Shown here: in pieces, positions 1 to 9,572 of the stretch
Layout of the letters: each line of letters begins with the position of its first letter
How positions within the stretch are numbered: position 1 is the first letter of the stretch
Assembly (NCBI GenBank): GCA_039799905.1
Contig: JBDLRP010000034.1
Location: 1 to 64,000, forward strand
Direction: 5' to 3'
Length of the DNA: 64,000 nt
Source of the DNA: Pseudomonadota bacterium
Lineage (GTDB): Bacteria > Bdellovibrionota_B > Oligoflexia > Silvanigrellales > Silvanigrellaceae
Made by a program: the position numbers and the translations under genes
The notes under the pieces: generated by a model
Databases searched by the model: none
What the model was told of the DNA's origin: nothing
Seen by the model: the letters and a program-made list of their open reading frames with translations, nothing else

Positions 1-145
1 AACTCATATCTTCTTATCGGGGTATTTGTTTTTTTATTAAGCGAAATTTTTTTATCTATTAAAAAATGAATAATAATAAGTGGTTGATTGTTTTGCTTGA
101 GTGCTTTTCTAATTACAGTTCGTAATTCCGTTCTGCAGCCTGATA

Positions 146-895
146 TTAAAACGCACCCTTAAGGCTCGAAAGAAACTCCTTCAGCCGCGGGCTGTCGGGA
201 TTGGTCATCAGTTTCTCTGTTGCTCCCGATTCAACAATCATTCCGGCATTGAAAAAGTGACACTGCTGTGAGACCTGCCGCGCAAACCGCATCTCGTGCG
301 TGACGATCAGCATGGTCATTCCGCTGCCCGCGATCTCGCGCAAAAGAGCAAGAACTTCGTCGACAAGTTCGGGGTCGAGCGCACTTGTCGGCTCGTCACA
401 AAGCAAAATTTTGGGTTCCACTGCCAAGGCGCGGGCTATGGCGACGCGCTGCTGCTGACCTCCGGAAAGCATTTTGGGATATTTATCAGCGTGCGCAGTC
501 AAACCCACACGTGCAAGCAGTTCTTTGGCCCGACGGTGTGCATCGCTGCGGTTCAGTCCGCACCGCAGATGAGGCACGAGCGCCACGTTGTCGAGGGCGC
601 TCAGATGCGGAAACAACTCAAAGCGCTGAAAGATCATCGCCGATTTCTGCCGCAAACGATGAGCAGTCGATTCTGTTGCGTAGGCTTCGCCAAAAATTTT
701 AATTGTCCCCTTGGAAATGGTTTCGAGACCATTGATGGTCCGCAGGCATGTACTTTTTCCCGATCCGGAGGGGCCAATGAGGCACGTCACTTCGCCTTCG
801 CGCACCAACAGATTGACGTTCTGAAGTGCATGCGTGGTGTGTGTCGCCGTGCGAAAGGTTTTACTTACGCCGTTGAGTTCGACAGCCGTCTGCAT
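146..895 (-). CDS. Polar amino-acid ABC transporter ATP-binding protein (GlnQ family)
   Basis: Walker A GPSGSGKST, signature LSGGQQQRVAIARAL, Walker B LLCDEPTSALDPE, H-loop VTHEM; AGGAG RBS upstream. Confidence 0.95.
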   Translation of the reverse strand: MQTAVELNGVSKTFRTATHTTHALQNVNLLVREGEVTCLIGPSGSGKSTCLRTINGLETISKGTIKIFGEAYATESTAHRLRQKSAMIFQRFELFPHLSALDNVALVPHLRCGLNRSDAHRRAKELLARVGLTAHADKYPKMLSGGQQQRVAIARALAVEPKILLCDEPTSALDPELVDEVLALLREIAGSGMTMLIVTHEMRFARQVSQQCHFFNAGMIVESGATEKLMTNPDSPRLKEFLSSLKGAF

Positions 896-911
896 GACTA
901 AAAACTCCTTT

Positions 912-1697
912 TCAAGCCGGCTTTAAATCGCCAGACATCTTCTGTTCAATCCGCCGTCCGAGTTGCGAGAGAATGGTGTTGAGCAGGAAATAGACGACGG
1001 CAACAAGAAACCACACTTCAAAACTTTTGAAGCTGATGGCGACCATGTTTGATGCCGATTTGGTGAGTTCAACAATTGAAATGACACTGACAAGGCTGCT
1101 GTCTTTGACGAGACTGACGTACTGCCCCACCAGTGGCGGAAGGATTCTGCGAAGTGCCAGCGGGGCAACAACATGCCTTGCTGCCTGCAAGCGAGTGAGC
1201 CCTAGGCTCAGCGCTGCATCGTGTGGGCCTTTGTCGAGATTCAACAGCGTTCCGCGCACAAGCTCTCCGACATAGGCACCACAAAATAGGGACAGTGTTG
1301 CGACACCCGCCTGCTCGGGTGTCATTTGAAATGCCGACGCTACAACAAAATACATGACGTAAAGTTGCACGAGGACGGGTGTGTTTCGAAAGATTTCAAC
1401 GAACACGCGAGCCGTTCCGCGAGCAAATGGCGTACCTGCATGCAGAACAATGCCTATCAGCAGACCAACCAATGTGCCAAAGACAATCGACAACGCACTC
1501 ACCCACAGTGTTCCCCACAGGCCATGCAGCAGGAGTCCGGCCGAGTTGCTTTCCGCGACCCAGATGTAATCACGCAGCGAGGCAAAATCCCATTCGTAAT
1601 CGAGTGAGTCAAAACCGCGCATCAACGAAATACCCACCAGCAGCAGAAGTGCCGCGGTCAGGATCGTCCATTGGGGCGAACGGGGCTGCTCGTGCAT
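912..1697 (-). CDS. Polar amino-acid ABC transporter permease (HisM/GlnP family)
   Basis: FVEIFRNTPVLVQL, EAA-like loop DAALSLGL, LVKDSSL; start moved to ATG 1697 (GGAG RBS). Confidence 0.93.
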   Translation of the reverse strand: MHEQPRSPQWTILTAALLLLVGISLMRGFDSLDYEWDFASLRDYIWVAESNSAGLLLHGLWGTLWVSALSIVFGTLVGLLIGIVLHAGTPFARGTARVFVEIFRNTPVLVQLYVMYFVVASAFQMTPEQAGVATLSLFCGAYVGELVRGTLLNLDKGPHDAALSLGLTRLQAARHVVAPLALRRILPPLVGQYVSLVKDSSLVSVISIVELTKSASNMVAISFKSFEVWFLVAVVYFLLNTILSQLGRRIEQKMSGDLKPA

Positions 1698-1853
1698 GTG
1701 AGTGTCTCCACAGAGTGAAGTTGCCACAGTCTGGAGCGGATGCAGACTGCTGCAGAAAGCTTGTTGATTCTGCAAATGTTGGTAAAGTTTTGCAGATATT
1801 TTCTCCTTTGGAAAGGAGAACGGAATCTTTTTAATCTTTGCTCCGGAGGTTGA

Positions 1854-2684
1854 ATGTCATTTGCATTTAGAAGCCGTCGTCGTGTTCTCTGCTTGTTTTC
1901 AGCAGCTTTGCTTTCTCTGGTCTTGCATCCTGCAGATGCGCTGGGCGCGGATTCGCTGACTGCAATCAAGGGCAAAAAGGAATTGCGGGTTGGACTTGAT
2001 CCGGGATTCATTCCGTTTGAAATGAAAACTCCCAAAGGCGAGATGATCGGCTTTGACATCGACATGATCAATGGCTTCGCAGCCTCGCTGGGAGCCAAGG
2101 CAACTTACGTGGACACCCGTTGGGAAGGAATCATTCCGGCACTTGTCGCCAAAAAATTTGATCTCATCGTCTCCGGCATGACCATCACGGACGAACGAAA
2201 GAAGACCGTGCTATTTTCTGATCCCTATTACCGCGCTGGATTGCTGGCGCTGGTTTCCAACAAACACAAGGATTCCATCAAGTCGGCTGCCGATCTCAAT
2301 AGATCCGGCCTGAATATCGCAGTAAAAGTCGGTACAACGGCCGATCAATATGCTGTCAAGAATTTCCCGAAGGCTACGGTCCGCAAGCTTGATTCCGAGT
2401 CTGATTGTGCGAATTCGGTCTCGCTCGGAAAAGTTGACGTATTTATTTACGACAAGCCGTACCTTGATTTGTTCGCTTCAAAAAATGCGCAAAAGGTTTA
2501 TCTTCTCAAAGACAACCTGACCGTCGAGGATTTTGGTGTGGCGGCGCGCAAATCCGATGCCCAGCTGATTGCTGCATTCAATTCTTATCTGGCCGAGTGG
2601 AAAAAAAGCGGCGGCTACGACCGCAGCCTGCGCACACATTTTGTAGAAATGCCGTGGGCTGCGTCGATGCCGCTTTTCAAATGA
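1854..2684 (+). CDS. Amino-acid ABC transporter substrate-binding protein (family 3)
   Basis: Signal peptide, PFE...GFDID, SGMTITDERKK..FSDPY; GGAGG RBS; divergent from the permease and ATPase. Confidence 0.93.
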   Translation: MSFAFRSRRRVLCLFSAALLSLVLHPADALGADSLTAIKGKKELRVGLDPGFIPFEMKTPKGEMIGFDIDMINGFAASLGAKATYVDTRWEGIIPALVAKKFDLIVSGMTITDERKKTVLFSDPYYRAGLLALVSNKHKDSIKSAADLNRSGLNIAVKVGTTADQYAVKNFPKATVRKLDSESDCANSVSLGKVDVFIYDKPYLDLFASKNAQKVYLLKDNLTVEDFGVAARKSDAQLIAAFNSYLAEWKKSGGYDRSLRTHFVEMPWAASMPLFK

Positions 2685-2691
2685 TTTGTGC

Positions 2692-3162
2692 TTAGAATTT
2701 AAAACCGATTCCGGCCGCCGGATAAAAGGCGCCGGAGTTTATTTTGTAGTCGGCCGTGATGTGAAACAGCATCGAGGTGCCTGAATACAAAAGCCCGCCG
2801 CCGACAAACGGACTGCCTGCGGCAATTCCGCCGCCGCCTGTTCCTGTTCCTAATGCAACGGCCATGCCGCCCTCAAGAAAAGGCCGCCAGAATCCGTGGC
2901 CTGCGAACCATTTCAAGTCGACGTCGCCCCACGTCGCAACAAACTTACTGCTGTCTCCTGATTGTCCATAGATGCCGCCTACGCCAGCTTCAAATCCCCA
3001 GACGCCTGCAGACTGGTAAAGGAAATTGAGACCCACGTTCGAGCCTGCCGGATTGTTGTGGCCAATCATTAAACCCCAATCACCGGCGGCAGCTCCGGCC
3101 GACAGAGAAGCCGATGCAGCCGTGCCGACAAGCAACAGTTTTTTAAGTCGTTTTTTCAACAT
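2692..3162 (-). CDS. Small outer-membrane beta-barrel protein
   Basis: Signal peptide (MLKKRLKKLLLVG..AAAG), Gly/aromatic alternating strands, C-terminal GIGFKF; start re-called at ATG 3162 with GGAG RBS. Confidence 0.7.
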   Translation of the reverse strand: MLKKRLKKLLLVGTAASASLSAGAAAGDWGLMIGHNNPAGSNVGLNFLYQSAGVWGFEAGVGGIYGQSGDSSKFVATWGDVDLKWFAGHGFWRPFLEGGMAVALGTGTGGGGIAAGSPFVGGGLLYSGTSMLFHITADYKINSGAFYPAAGIGFKF

Positions 3163-3179
3163 AATGTGGGCTCCAAATA

Positions 3180-3971
3180 TTATCCGGCTCGCAGTGTCGG
3201 AGTAGTATGCTGGTCGCGGAAAATTGCCATGACGTTGAGAAATGACTCGGGCAGGCGGCGCAATAGTTCCTGCTTCAATGGATTCGGCACACCGAAAAAC
3301 GCCTCGCCGACTGCTCCGGACAGACACGCAAGTGTATCCGATTGACCACCAAGTGAAACCGCGTTGCGGATGGCATCTTCTGTTGTACGCGCTGCAAAAG
3401 CGCAACTGAAGATGAGCGGCATGACAACCGGTGCTGTTGAGTCAGGTACAACAGAAGCGCGTACATCGTCGGGATTAAAGTCCGTAACATAGTTGTAGTG
3501 TTCGGATAGCAGCCCTTTGCATTCGCCGATTGATGCGCCGTTTCGGCCCAGATAAATGATGTGCGCGACAGCGCGTGCAGCCTTGATGGCCTCGTTGTGT
3601 GAGTGAGTCGCCAGTGCCGATTTTTCGGCTTCAGCCAGAGTCACTTCCAGCGAGTCGAAAGCCCATCCAACCGGACTCACACGTGCAGCAGGCCCAACCC
3701 CCAAGCTGTTGTAAGGCTCGTTGCCTCCAGTGTAGAGCCAGAATTTGAAGTTGGCCCCATAGCCGCCCTGAACATCTGCGTGTTCCTTTGCAAATTGCCG
3801 GATGTTGTATTGATAATTTTCAGAGCGGTTAATTGCGTTTGCAATGGCAATGGTCAGCACGGATTCATCGGTGTACCGCGCCGATGGCGAGATGAATTCA
3901 AAATCCGTTGTCTTGATTGGCTCCGTCTTGTAGCCGGAGCCCACCAAATCGCCAAGCAGTGCACCAATCAT
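3180..3971 (-). CDS. ADP-ribosylglycohydrolase (DraG/ARH) family protein with substituted active-site residues
   Basis: GALLGDLVGS, YTDESVLT, YNSLGVG, THSH, SLGGQSDTLAC align to ARH motifs; GAGG RBS before ATG 3971. Confidence 0.85.
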   Translation of the reverse strand: MIGALLGDLVGSGYKTEPIKTTDFEFISPSARYTDESVLTIAIANAINRSENYQYNIRQFAKEHADVQGGYGANFKFWLYTGGNEPYNSLGVGPAARVSPVGWAFDSLEVTLAEAEKSALATHSHNEAIKAARAVAHIIYLGRNGASIGECKGLLSEHYNYVTDFNPDDVRASVVPDSTAPVVMPLIFSCAFAARTTEDAIRNAVSLGGQSDTLACLSGAVGEAFFGVPNPLKQELLRRLPESFLNVMAIFRDQHTTPTLRAG

Positions 3972-4075
3972 CGCCAGCACCTCACTCACGTGAATCGACA
4001 AGTTCATCAGTGCCAGTTTACGTTGTCTGACGAAGGCACAAACGGCACACTTTGCAGGGCCGCGATGTGTTTGGG

Positions 4076-4828
4076 CTAGTTTCGCTGGTAGTCTATGCGG
4101 GCGGTAAATTTTTCCAGTGTGTTGCCTTTGCGTCTGCGCACAATTGCCGGAGTTTCCAAGGCTAACGGACGATACCCCTGAGTGGATTTTCGGAATGACA
4201 TGAAGATGGGGCGAAGAAGCTTTTTCAGGAAAAAATTGCTCAACTCAAGATTGACACACAAGTCGCCACCTGATGCGCGGCAATCGTTGCCTTCGTTTTT
4301 GATTTCGAACCCGAAAACCATTCCCCGTTCTGCAACAGCCAGCCGGAGTGGAATCTTTTTTCCTTTTTCCAGGTCGCCCGTAAATGCGCTCATGTACGTC
4401 ATCAAAGAACCGGGCGAATTGAGATCATGCGACGACTGCTCGCTCGAGACAGAAGTTTTGCCATTTTGTGTGTACGACATGACAACCTGATTGCCCTTGA
4501 CCTCAACCGTGGCGCGATCTCCGGTTTGCTTTTGCACCATGTTGTACAGGTGGAAACGGCCAAGCTGATCGTAGGTTGTCAGCTCATCGACGAGCAATTC
4601 ACCCGACAAATCAAATTGTTGGATAAGCGTTGAAAACGGCCTGCCTTGTTTGATGGTGTGCACGTACGAAATCTTGAAGAGTACACCGTCTGAGGGCGCA
4701 TTTGCGTCTTTGATTGTTCCTTCGCCGCGCAGCACGAGGTCGGCCGGATTTGCCTCCGCCTTGCCACAGAATAACAACACTGCTGCTGCAAGCGTGATGA
4801 CTCGTGGCGAGTTGCCGGGTTGGAACAT
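4076..4828 (-). CDS. Hypothetical secreted protein
   Basis: 250-aa ORF, signal peptide ending AEA, beta-rich; GGAGG RBS. Confidence 0.7.
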   Translation of the reverse strand: MFQPGNSPRVITLAAAVLLFCGKAEANPADLVLRGEGTIKDANAPSDGVLFKISYVHTIKQGRPFSTLIQQFDLSGELLVDELTTYDQLGRFHLYNMVQKQTGDRATVEVKGNQVVMSYTQNGKTSVSSEQSSHDLNSPGSLMTYMSAFTGDLEKGKKIPLRLAVAERGMVFGFEIKNEGNDCRASGGDLCVNLELSNFFLKKLLRPIFMSFRKSTQGYRPLALETPAIVRRRKGNTLEKFTARIDYQRN

Positions 4829-4880
4829 GGGGTAGCCTCCGCGGTCGGGGCGCGGTCTGTGGGCCGCTGCCGGGTTCGCG

Positions 4881-4910
4881 ATTTAACAGGCTTTCTGCTC
4901 TCCCTGTCAA
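4881..4910 (-). promoter_or_regulatory. Putative sigma70 promoter for the 4828 gene
   Basis: TTGACA-N18-TTAAAT on the minus strand in the intergenic region. Confidence 0.4.
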
Positions 4911-5070
4911 TCAAAAGTAGTGGCTCCCAGTGGGATGTTGAGATTTCTTTAAGTGTCTGAATTTTATGCAAAATATGAAATCAGCTTTTTTTTTAAGATT
5001 TCCTGTTGTAACTCCGCCCTCTCTGGCTATCCGACCAAAAGCGGAACTGTTCATTGCCTTGGAGGTCTTC

Positions 5071-6240
5071 GTGCGTTTGCCGTCAACCATCACTCATATG
5101 TTTTCTCTTGCTACATTGGCGCTGGCCTTCACCGCCTGTTCGGCAATCGAGAGCGTTGGCAGGGTTGAAAAGTCTACTACAGAAGTTGGCGAAAAGATGG
5201 ACAAGACCAACGACGGAATCGACCGCACCAACAGGAAGATGGATGAGACCAACGGCAGCATCGATGAAACCAACCAGAAAATGGACGACGTCCGCCGGCA
5301 GATGGATGAGATGAACAACAAGCTTGTCGAGACAAACAAGCGTATGGAGATCATGAACAGCGAGCTGGACAGGATGTATCAGGACCTCCGGCAGGGCGAC
5401 TCGCTGAATGCTCGTCTTCAGACACTCGACAAGCTGACAACAACGCCCCGCCTCAAGAGCAAGCTCGTTTTCGCGGCTCAATATTTTATGTCCTATGAGT
5501 TTCAGCTTTGGAAAGGGCAGGGCAGCGACGGCGAAGAAGTCCGGCAGATGCTCCGGCATGCCGCGGCGGATGAGTTTGTGCAGGTCGTGCGCCGTTTGTC
5601 CCAAACATCTTTTCCAATCAATATCCTCGACGAAGGCAACGAGATTTCGTCGTTGAAGGCGTTGTCGGTAGCGCTGCACACGGTCAATCCGAATGCAAAA
5701 ATCAATTCCCAGGCAAACAAATTTGCACCCGAGTCGATGCACCAGCTGATCACTCAGGCGCTCGCCTATGGGCAAAAGCTCGCGCAATCGAAGATTTCGG
5801 CAGATAAAATTCCGGACTATGCCAAGGTCGTCCTCAGGGAGCCAGAATTGGTGAAATACCTTTTCGAGCTGCGTGTGAATATGCTTCCGGCGATGGTTGT
5901 CAGCAGCATGTCACAAACTGCATCCGACGAATTCGTGACCCGCTGGATGGCCCGTGCCGGCGTTGTGCTGAAACCTTGGACAGCGCAGACGCGCAGCCTC
6001 AACGAACTTCAGCTGAGTGAATTTGCCGACTGGCTTTCGTGGGCGAATGCCGATGTCGCGCAGTTGAAAGCCTTCGGCTTGAATCCCCGATTCGACGCAA
6101 CTCTAATTCGTACGCTCAAAAACCTGAGATTTTCGGAAGACAGCGCTCAAGCAAATGAAAGCACAGCCGCAATCGCGCGGCAGCGTGCGTTCAACATTCT
6201 ACGCGCTGAACTTGGCAAGTTTATTTCCAAGGCTGAGTGA
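5071..6240 (+). CDS. Lipoprotein with N-terminal coiled-coil stalk and helical C-terminal domain of unknown function
   Basis: GGAGG RBS then GTG 5071; lipobox AFTAC; heptad repeats MDKTNDG/IDRTNRK/MDETNGS. Confidence 0.75.
   Translation: MRLPSTITHMFSLATLALAFTACSAIESVGRVEKSTTEVGEKMDKTNDGIDRTNRKMDETNGSIDETNQKMDDVRRQMDEMNNKLVETNKRMEIMNSELDRMYQDLRQGDSLNARLQTLDKLTTTPRLKSKLVFAAQYFMSYEFQLWKGQGSDGEEVRQMLRHAAADEFVQVVRRLSQTSFPINILDEGNEISSLKALSVALHTVNPNAKINSQANKFAPESMHQLITQALAYGQKLAQSKISADKIPDYAKVVLREPELVKYLFELRVNMLPAMVVSSMSQTASDEFVTRWMARAGVVLKPWTAQTRSLNELQLSEFADWLSWANADVAQLKAFGLNPRFDATLIRTLKNLRFSEDSAQANESTAAIARQRAFNILRAELGKFISKAE
5194..5361 (+). repeat. Degenerate 42-bp (14-aa) intragenic tandem repeat, about 4 units
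   Basis: KMDKTNDGIDRTNR/KMDETNGSIDETNQ/KMDDVRRQMDEMNN/KLVETNKRMEIMNS. Confidence 0.7.
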
Positions 6241-6267
6241 GCGTACACCGCTCCGCTTGTCACACTT

Positions 6268-6891
6268 ATGGATACAGATCCCACTCTCAAATACCGCGAT
6301 CAACATAAGCAGAGGCTCTCGTGGATGCCTTGGCTTTATGATTCCCTAAAGCCCCAGCAGCTGATTTGGGCGCGTGAATGGCAGCAGCAAGTCCAGCGTC
6401 AGTTCGAAGAACTTGAAACAATCCGATTTGCCGAAAACTGTTTTGTCGCCCCTTGTGCACGTCTGTTTGCCGAGCCGGGGCGGCTCATTGATGTCGGCAG
6501 CGGTGCACGCATTGCTGCTGAAGTCTTTTTGCATGGTCCTGTCCGTATCGGCCGCAACGTCAGCCTCAATGCCCGCGTGACGATCGACGGCGGTGCTGCG
6601 TCGGTGGTGATTGGCGATGAAACGCGAATCGCGACTGGCACCTGTATTTTTGCATTTGACCATGGAATGAACCCCGAACGTTTGATCCGCGAGCAGCCCG
6701 TTCGCTCACGCGGAATAGTCATTGGTCGTGATGTGTGGATTGGTGCCAACGTGTCCATCACAGACGGAGTGACGATTGGTGATCACGCGGTGATTGCCAT
6801 GGGTGCGGTTGTGACACGGGATGTCGAATCATGGTCGATAGTCGGCGGAGTTCCTGCGCGTCCTATTGGCGACAGACGTAGCAAGCGGTAA
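6268..6891 (+). CDS. Hexapeptide-repeat (left-handed beta-helix) acyltransferase
   Basis: [45 protein letters not shown]. Confidence 0.9.
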   Translation: MDTDPTLKYRDQHKQRLSWMPWLYDSLKPQQLIWAREWQQQVQRQFEELETIRFAENCFVAPCARLFAEPGRLIDVGSGARIAAEVFLHGPVRIGRNVSLNARVTIDGGAASVVIGDETRIATGTCIFAFDHGMNPERLIREQPVRSRGIVIGRDVWIGANVSITDGVTIGDHAVIAMGAVVTRDVESWSIVGGVPARPIGDRRSKR

Positions 6892-6949
6892 GTTAGGTCT
6901 TCCACGGGCTGCAGCGGATTTGCGGCCTCCATCCAAGGAAGGACTTCCC

Positions 6950-8515
6950 ATGAGGTCAAATCAGCGACCATTTTTTCTGAAAATTATAAATGCCGCGCTG
7001 CTTTCGCTTGTTTGTCTGACTGCACTTGGTGTCCCGCAAGCGGCTTTGGCAGCCTTCAGCGAACGCTCTGGTGATGTTTCCGTTTTAGAACTTCAGGAAC
7101 ACGTGCGTATCAACAAATCTTCATGGCGGGCCGCGCGCACGTCGCATTCCGATTGGCACTTGTCCGAAAAGAAGGCTCTTCTTGGCGCGCCGCTCTCCGA
7201 AGTCCGCACTGGCGGTGATTATGGAAAGAGCAGCCGCGTCTGGGAAGATGCGCTGCCTGAGAATTTTGATTGGCGCGATTATGAAGGCGCAAATTATGTA
7301 TCGCCGGTGCGCGATCAGGGGCGCTGCGGAAGTTGCGTGGCATTCGCAATGGGCTCGACCTATGAAACCCAGCTCAATATCACAACCCGCTCAGCCGGCC
7401 GTGTGTGGAGCTTTTCACCGCAGCATCTGTTTTCATGCGGCGGCGGTTCATGTTCAATGGGCTGGTTTCCTGTATCAGCAGTCGACTATCTGGCAAAAAA
7501 AGGGCTCCCCGAAGAGGCGTGTTTTCCGTACGTCAGCGGTGCGGTCGGAAGTGACGTCGCGTGCAAGTTGTCGTGTACCGACTCGCGTTCTCGTTCGCTG
7601 AAAGGTTTGCTGCGCGTCAAAAGCAAGGGCATGCGCGCATCTGCGGTCGATGAGGTGAAAAAAGCGCTTCTCAACGGCCCGCTGATGACCACCATGAAAG
7701 TCTACGCTGACTTTTATCATTACGCGGGAGGAGTTTATCGTTATCAAAAGGGAGCCATGCTCGGTGGTCATGCCGTCATGATCGTTGGTTGGCGCAATGA
7801 AGATCGTGCATGGATTGTCCGCAACAGCTGGGGAACCGGTTGGGGGGAACAAGGTGATTTTCGCATTGCGTGGGATGATCCGAGCGGCGTTGGTGGCCTC
7901 TTTTATGGTGTGCAGCCGACCGATGATTTCTCTGCAATCTTCCTGCAGGGGCTCCTCGATGAAAGGACTCTGCGTCAACCGGCTGAGCTCAGCTTGCGTG
8001 CGGAAAAATTGTCTTTCATTTCGGCTTCACTCGAAGTCCGCGGCAGTTCGGCGCAGTCACTGGTTTCAAAGCCATTTTCGTCGGACGGCAAACTTGTTTT
8101 TGACCCGCGTGAATTTCAAGATGGCGTGTACACACTTCAAGCACGCGCGGTACTGGCCGACGGCACACAGCGCATCTCTCAGGCCCGCATTGTTTTCATC
8201 CGCAACGGTCAAGCTTCCGCATCCATCAAAATCGATCGGATGAAAGCCGGAATGAACATCTGGGATAAAGTCATACCGCATTTTATCGTCACCAGTTCTC
8301 CCGTACCACTTGCCAAAGTACGATACAAAATCGTCAGCGCAAAAGGTGCTATCGTTCGTGTCCGGAGCACAGAACACACGGCCGATCGTGTTGCACTGAC
8401 GCTCAACCCAGAAGGTCTTGAGCTTGGGCGGTACCAGCTTATTGCTGAAGCGGTGTCAGATGACGAAGAGGTTTTGGCTTCAGACAGCCTTGAGTTCAAC
8501 GTCATCGAGAAATGA
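6950..8515 (+). CDS. Secreted papain-family (C1A) cysteine peptidase with C-terminal beta-rich (Ig-like) extension
   Basis: LPENFDWR, VRDQGRCGSC, GGHAV, RNSWG; signal peptide; start re-called at ATG 6950. Confidence 0.92.
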   Translation: MRSNQRPFFLKIINAALLSLVCLTALGVPQAALAAFSERSGDVSVLELQEHVRINKSSWRAARTSHSDWHLSEKKALLGAPLSEVRTGGDYGKSSRVWEDALPENFDWRDYEGANYVSPVRDQGRCGSCVAFAMGSTYETQLNITTRSAGRVWSFSPQHLFSCGGGSCSMGWFPVSAVDYLAKKGLPEEACFPYVSGAVGSDVACKLSCTDSRSRSLKGLLRVKSKGMRASAVDEVKKALLNGPLMTTMKVYADFYHYAGGVYRYQKGAMLGGHAVMIVGWRNEDRAWIVRNSWGTGWGEQGDFRIAWDDPSGVGGLFYGVQPTDDFSAIFLQGLLDERTLRQPAELSLRAEKLSFISASLEVRGSSAQSLVSKPFSSDGKLVFDPREFQDGVYTLQARAVLADGTQRISQARIVFIRNGQASASIKIDRMKAGMNIWDKVIPHFIVTSSPVPLAKVRYKIVSAKGAIVRVRSTEHTADRVALTLNPEGLELGRYQLIAEAVSDDEEVLASDSLEFNVIEK

Positions 8516-9424
8516 TTCGTCGCTCTTGGGAAAGGCAAGCCCGAGGGCTTTGAGCAGGCCTTGTGTGTTCTCGAAGGGGAACATGTGTCCACCCTGCGGG
8601 ACGACGAGCCAGCGTGTGTGGGGAAAGAAGCTGTGGAAATAACGGATGGCCATCGGGTCGCAGATTTTACTTTCACTTCCCGCAATCAGCTCGATCTGCA
8701 CTGACTTTCTTTTGCCAGCATCTATCTTTAAAAAATGCGGTGTGTGCAGTGCAGGTTGGCTTTCGAACAGGTCGGCCTCCCATTCCGGGTCATGTCTGAG
8801 CTTCAGCGAGCCGTCGTTCTGTGTTTCGAAATTCGCGTCGATGTAGTTTTCTACATGCTGCTGGGCCCAATTGCGGAAAAACGAGTTTCTCTTGAAAGCG
8901 GTCATAGCCTGCTTGCGGTTTCTGTAGAGCCGTTTGCGTCTGCGTGCCGGCCTGCTGAGGGGATGTATGCCTCGCTGTTGAAAGAGGCACGCGGTTGCCC
9001 AAAGCAACGCGCTTGCCGGGGCCAACAGCGGCATGTCGAGCAAGACGACGTGGTCAACATCAAGTTCTTGCGCGGAGTAAAGCGACAACCATCCACCCAA
9101 GCTGTGTCCTGCCAAGCTCCACAAACCGGGAAAATCCAACTTCAGATGTGAGAAAATCTTTTTGAGGTCTTCGCAGAGCAACCAGGGAATTTTGCTCAGT
9201 CCGTTTCGGTAGGCCTCTTTGACATCCTGCTCGTTGCAGCCATGCCCGCGCGCATCGAAAGTGAAAATGGTGATGCCAAGTTCATCGGCCCATCGTTGCA
9301 AGATGTTTGTATAGGAAAGAGCGGCAATGCCCGTTGCATGTGAAAAGAGGACGAATCGTTCAGCCCGCCCGTGTGCGGGGCTGAATTTGTAGACCGGCTG
9401 ACCCTGAATGTTGATGACTTCCAT
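8480..9424 (-). CDS. Alpha/beta-fold hydrolase
   Basis: HATG oxyanion region, DARGHG, nucleophile elbow GHSLGG, GGHMFP; 3' end overlaps the convergent peptidase. Confidence 0.9.
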   Translation of the reverse strand: MEVINIQGQPVYKFSPAHGRAERFVLFSHATGIAALSYTNILQRWADELGITIFTFDARGHGCNEQDVKEAYRNGLSKIPWLLCEDLKKIFSHLKLDFPGLWSLAGHSLGGWLSLYSAQELDVDHVVLLDMPLLAPASALLWATACLFQQRGIHPLSRPARRRKRLYRNRKQAMTAFKRNSFFRNWAQQHVENYIDANFETQNDGSLKLRHDPEWEADLFESQPALHTPHFLKIDAGKRKSVQIELIAGSESKICDPMAIRYFHSFFPHTRWLVVPQGGHMFPFENTQGLLKALGLAFPKSDESFLDDVELKAV

Positions 9425-9572
9425 GTTTTCAGCTTCGGAACATTTTTGCCGGCCTGAAGGGGTAAGGGGCGAGTTTTTCTGTAAAAAAATTCTGTTTTAG
9501 AGGCAAGTATCGATTATAAAAGGACTTACCTGCTATTCGAGTCCGCTGAAATGATTCGCACGGGGCTACATA

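Noticed and set aside
1..120. AT-rich left edge as a foreign island, with a possible minus-strand ATG at 5-7
   Set aside because: Other intergenic regions here are similarly AT-rich, and only two codons are visible, too little to call.
3163..3405. N-terminal extensions in the ORF track (e.g. starts 3405, 1775, 4966, 6866, 13109, 46687, 56215)
   Set aside because: They overlap neighbouring genes or promoters; downstream starts have better RBS, signal-peptide or coupling support.
5194..5361. CRISPR-like or mobile repeat array
   Set aside because: The repeats are degenerate, in frame and coding, with no spacers and no cas genes in the window.
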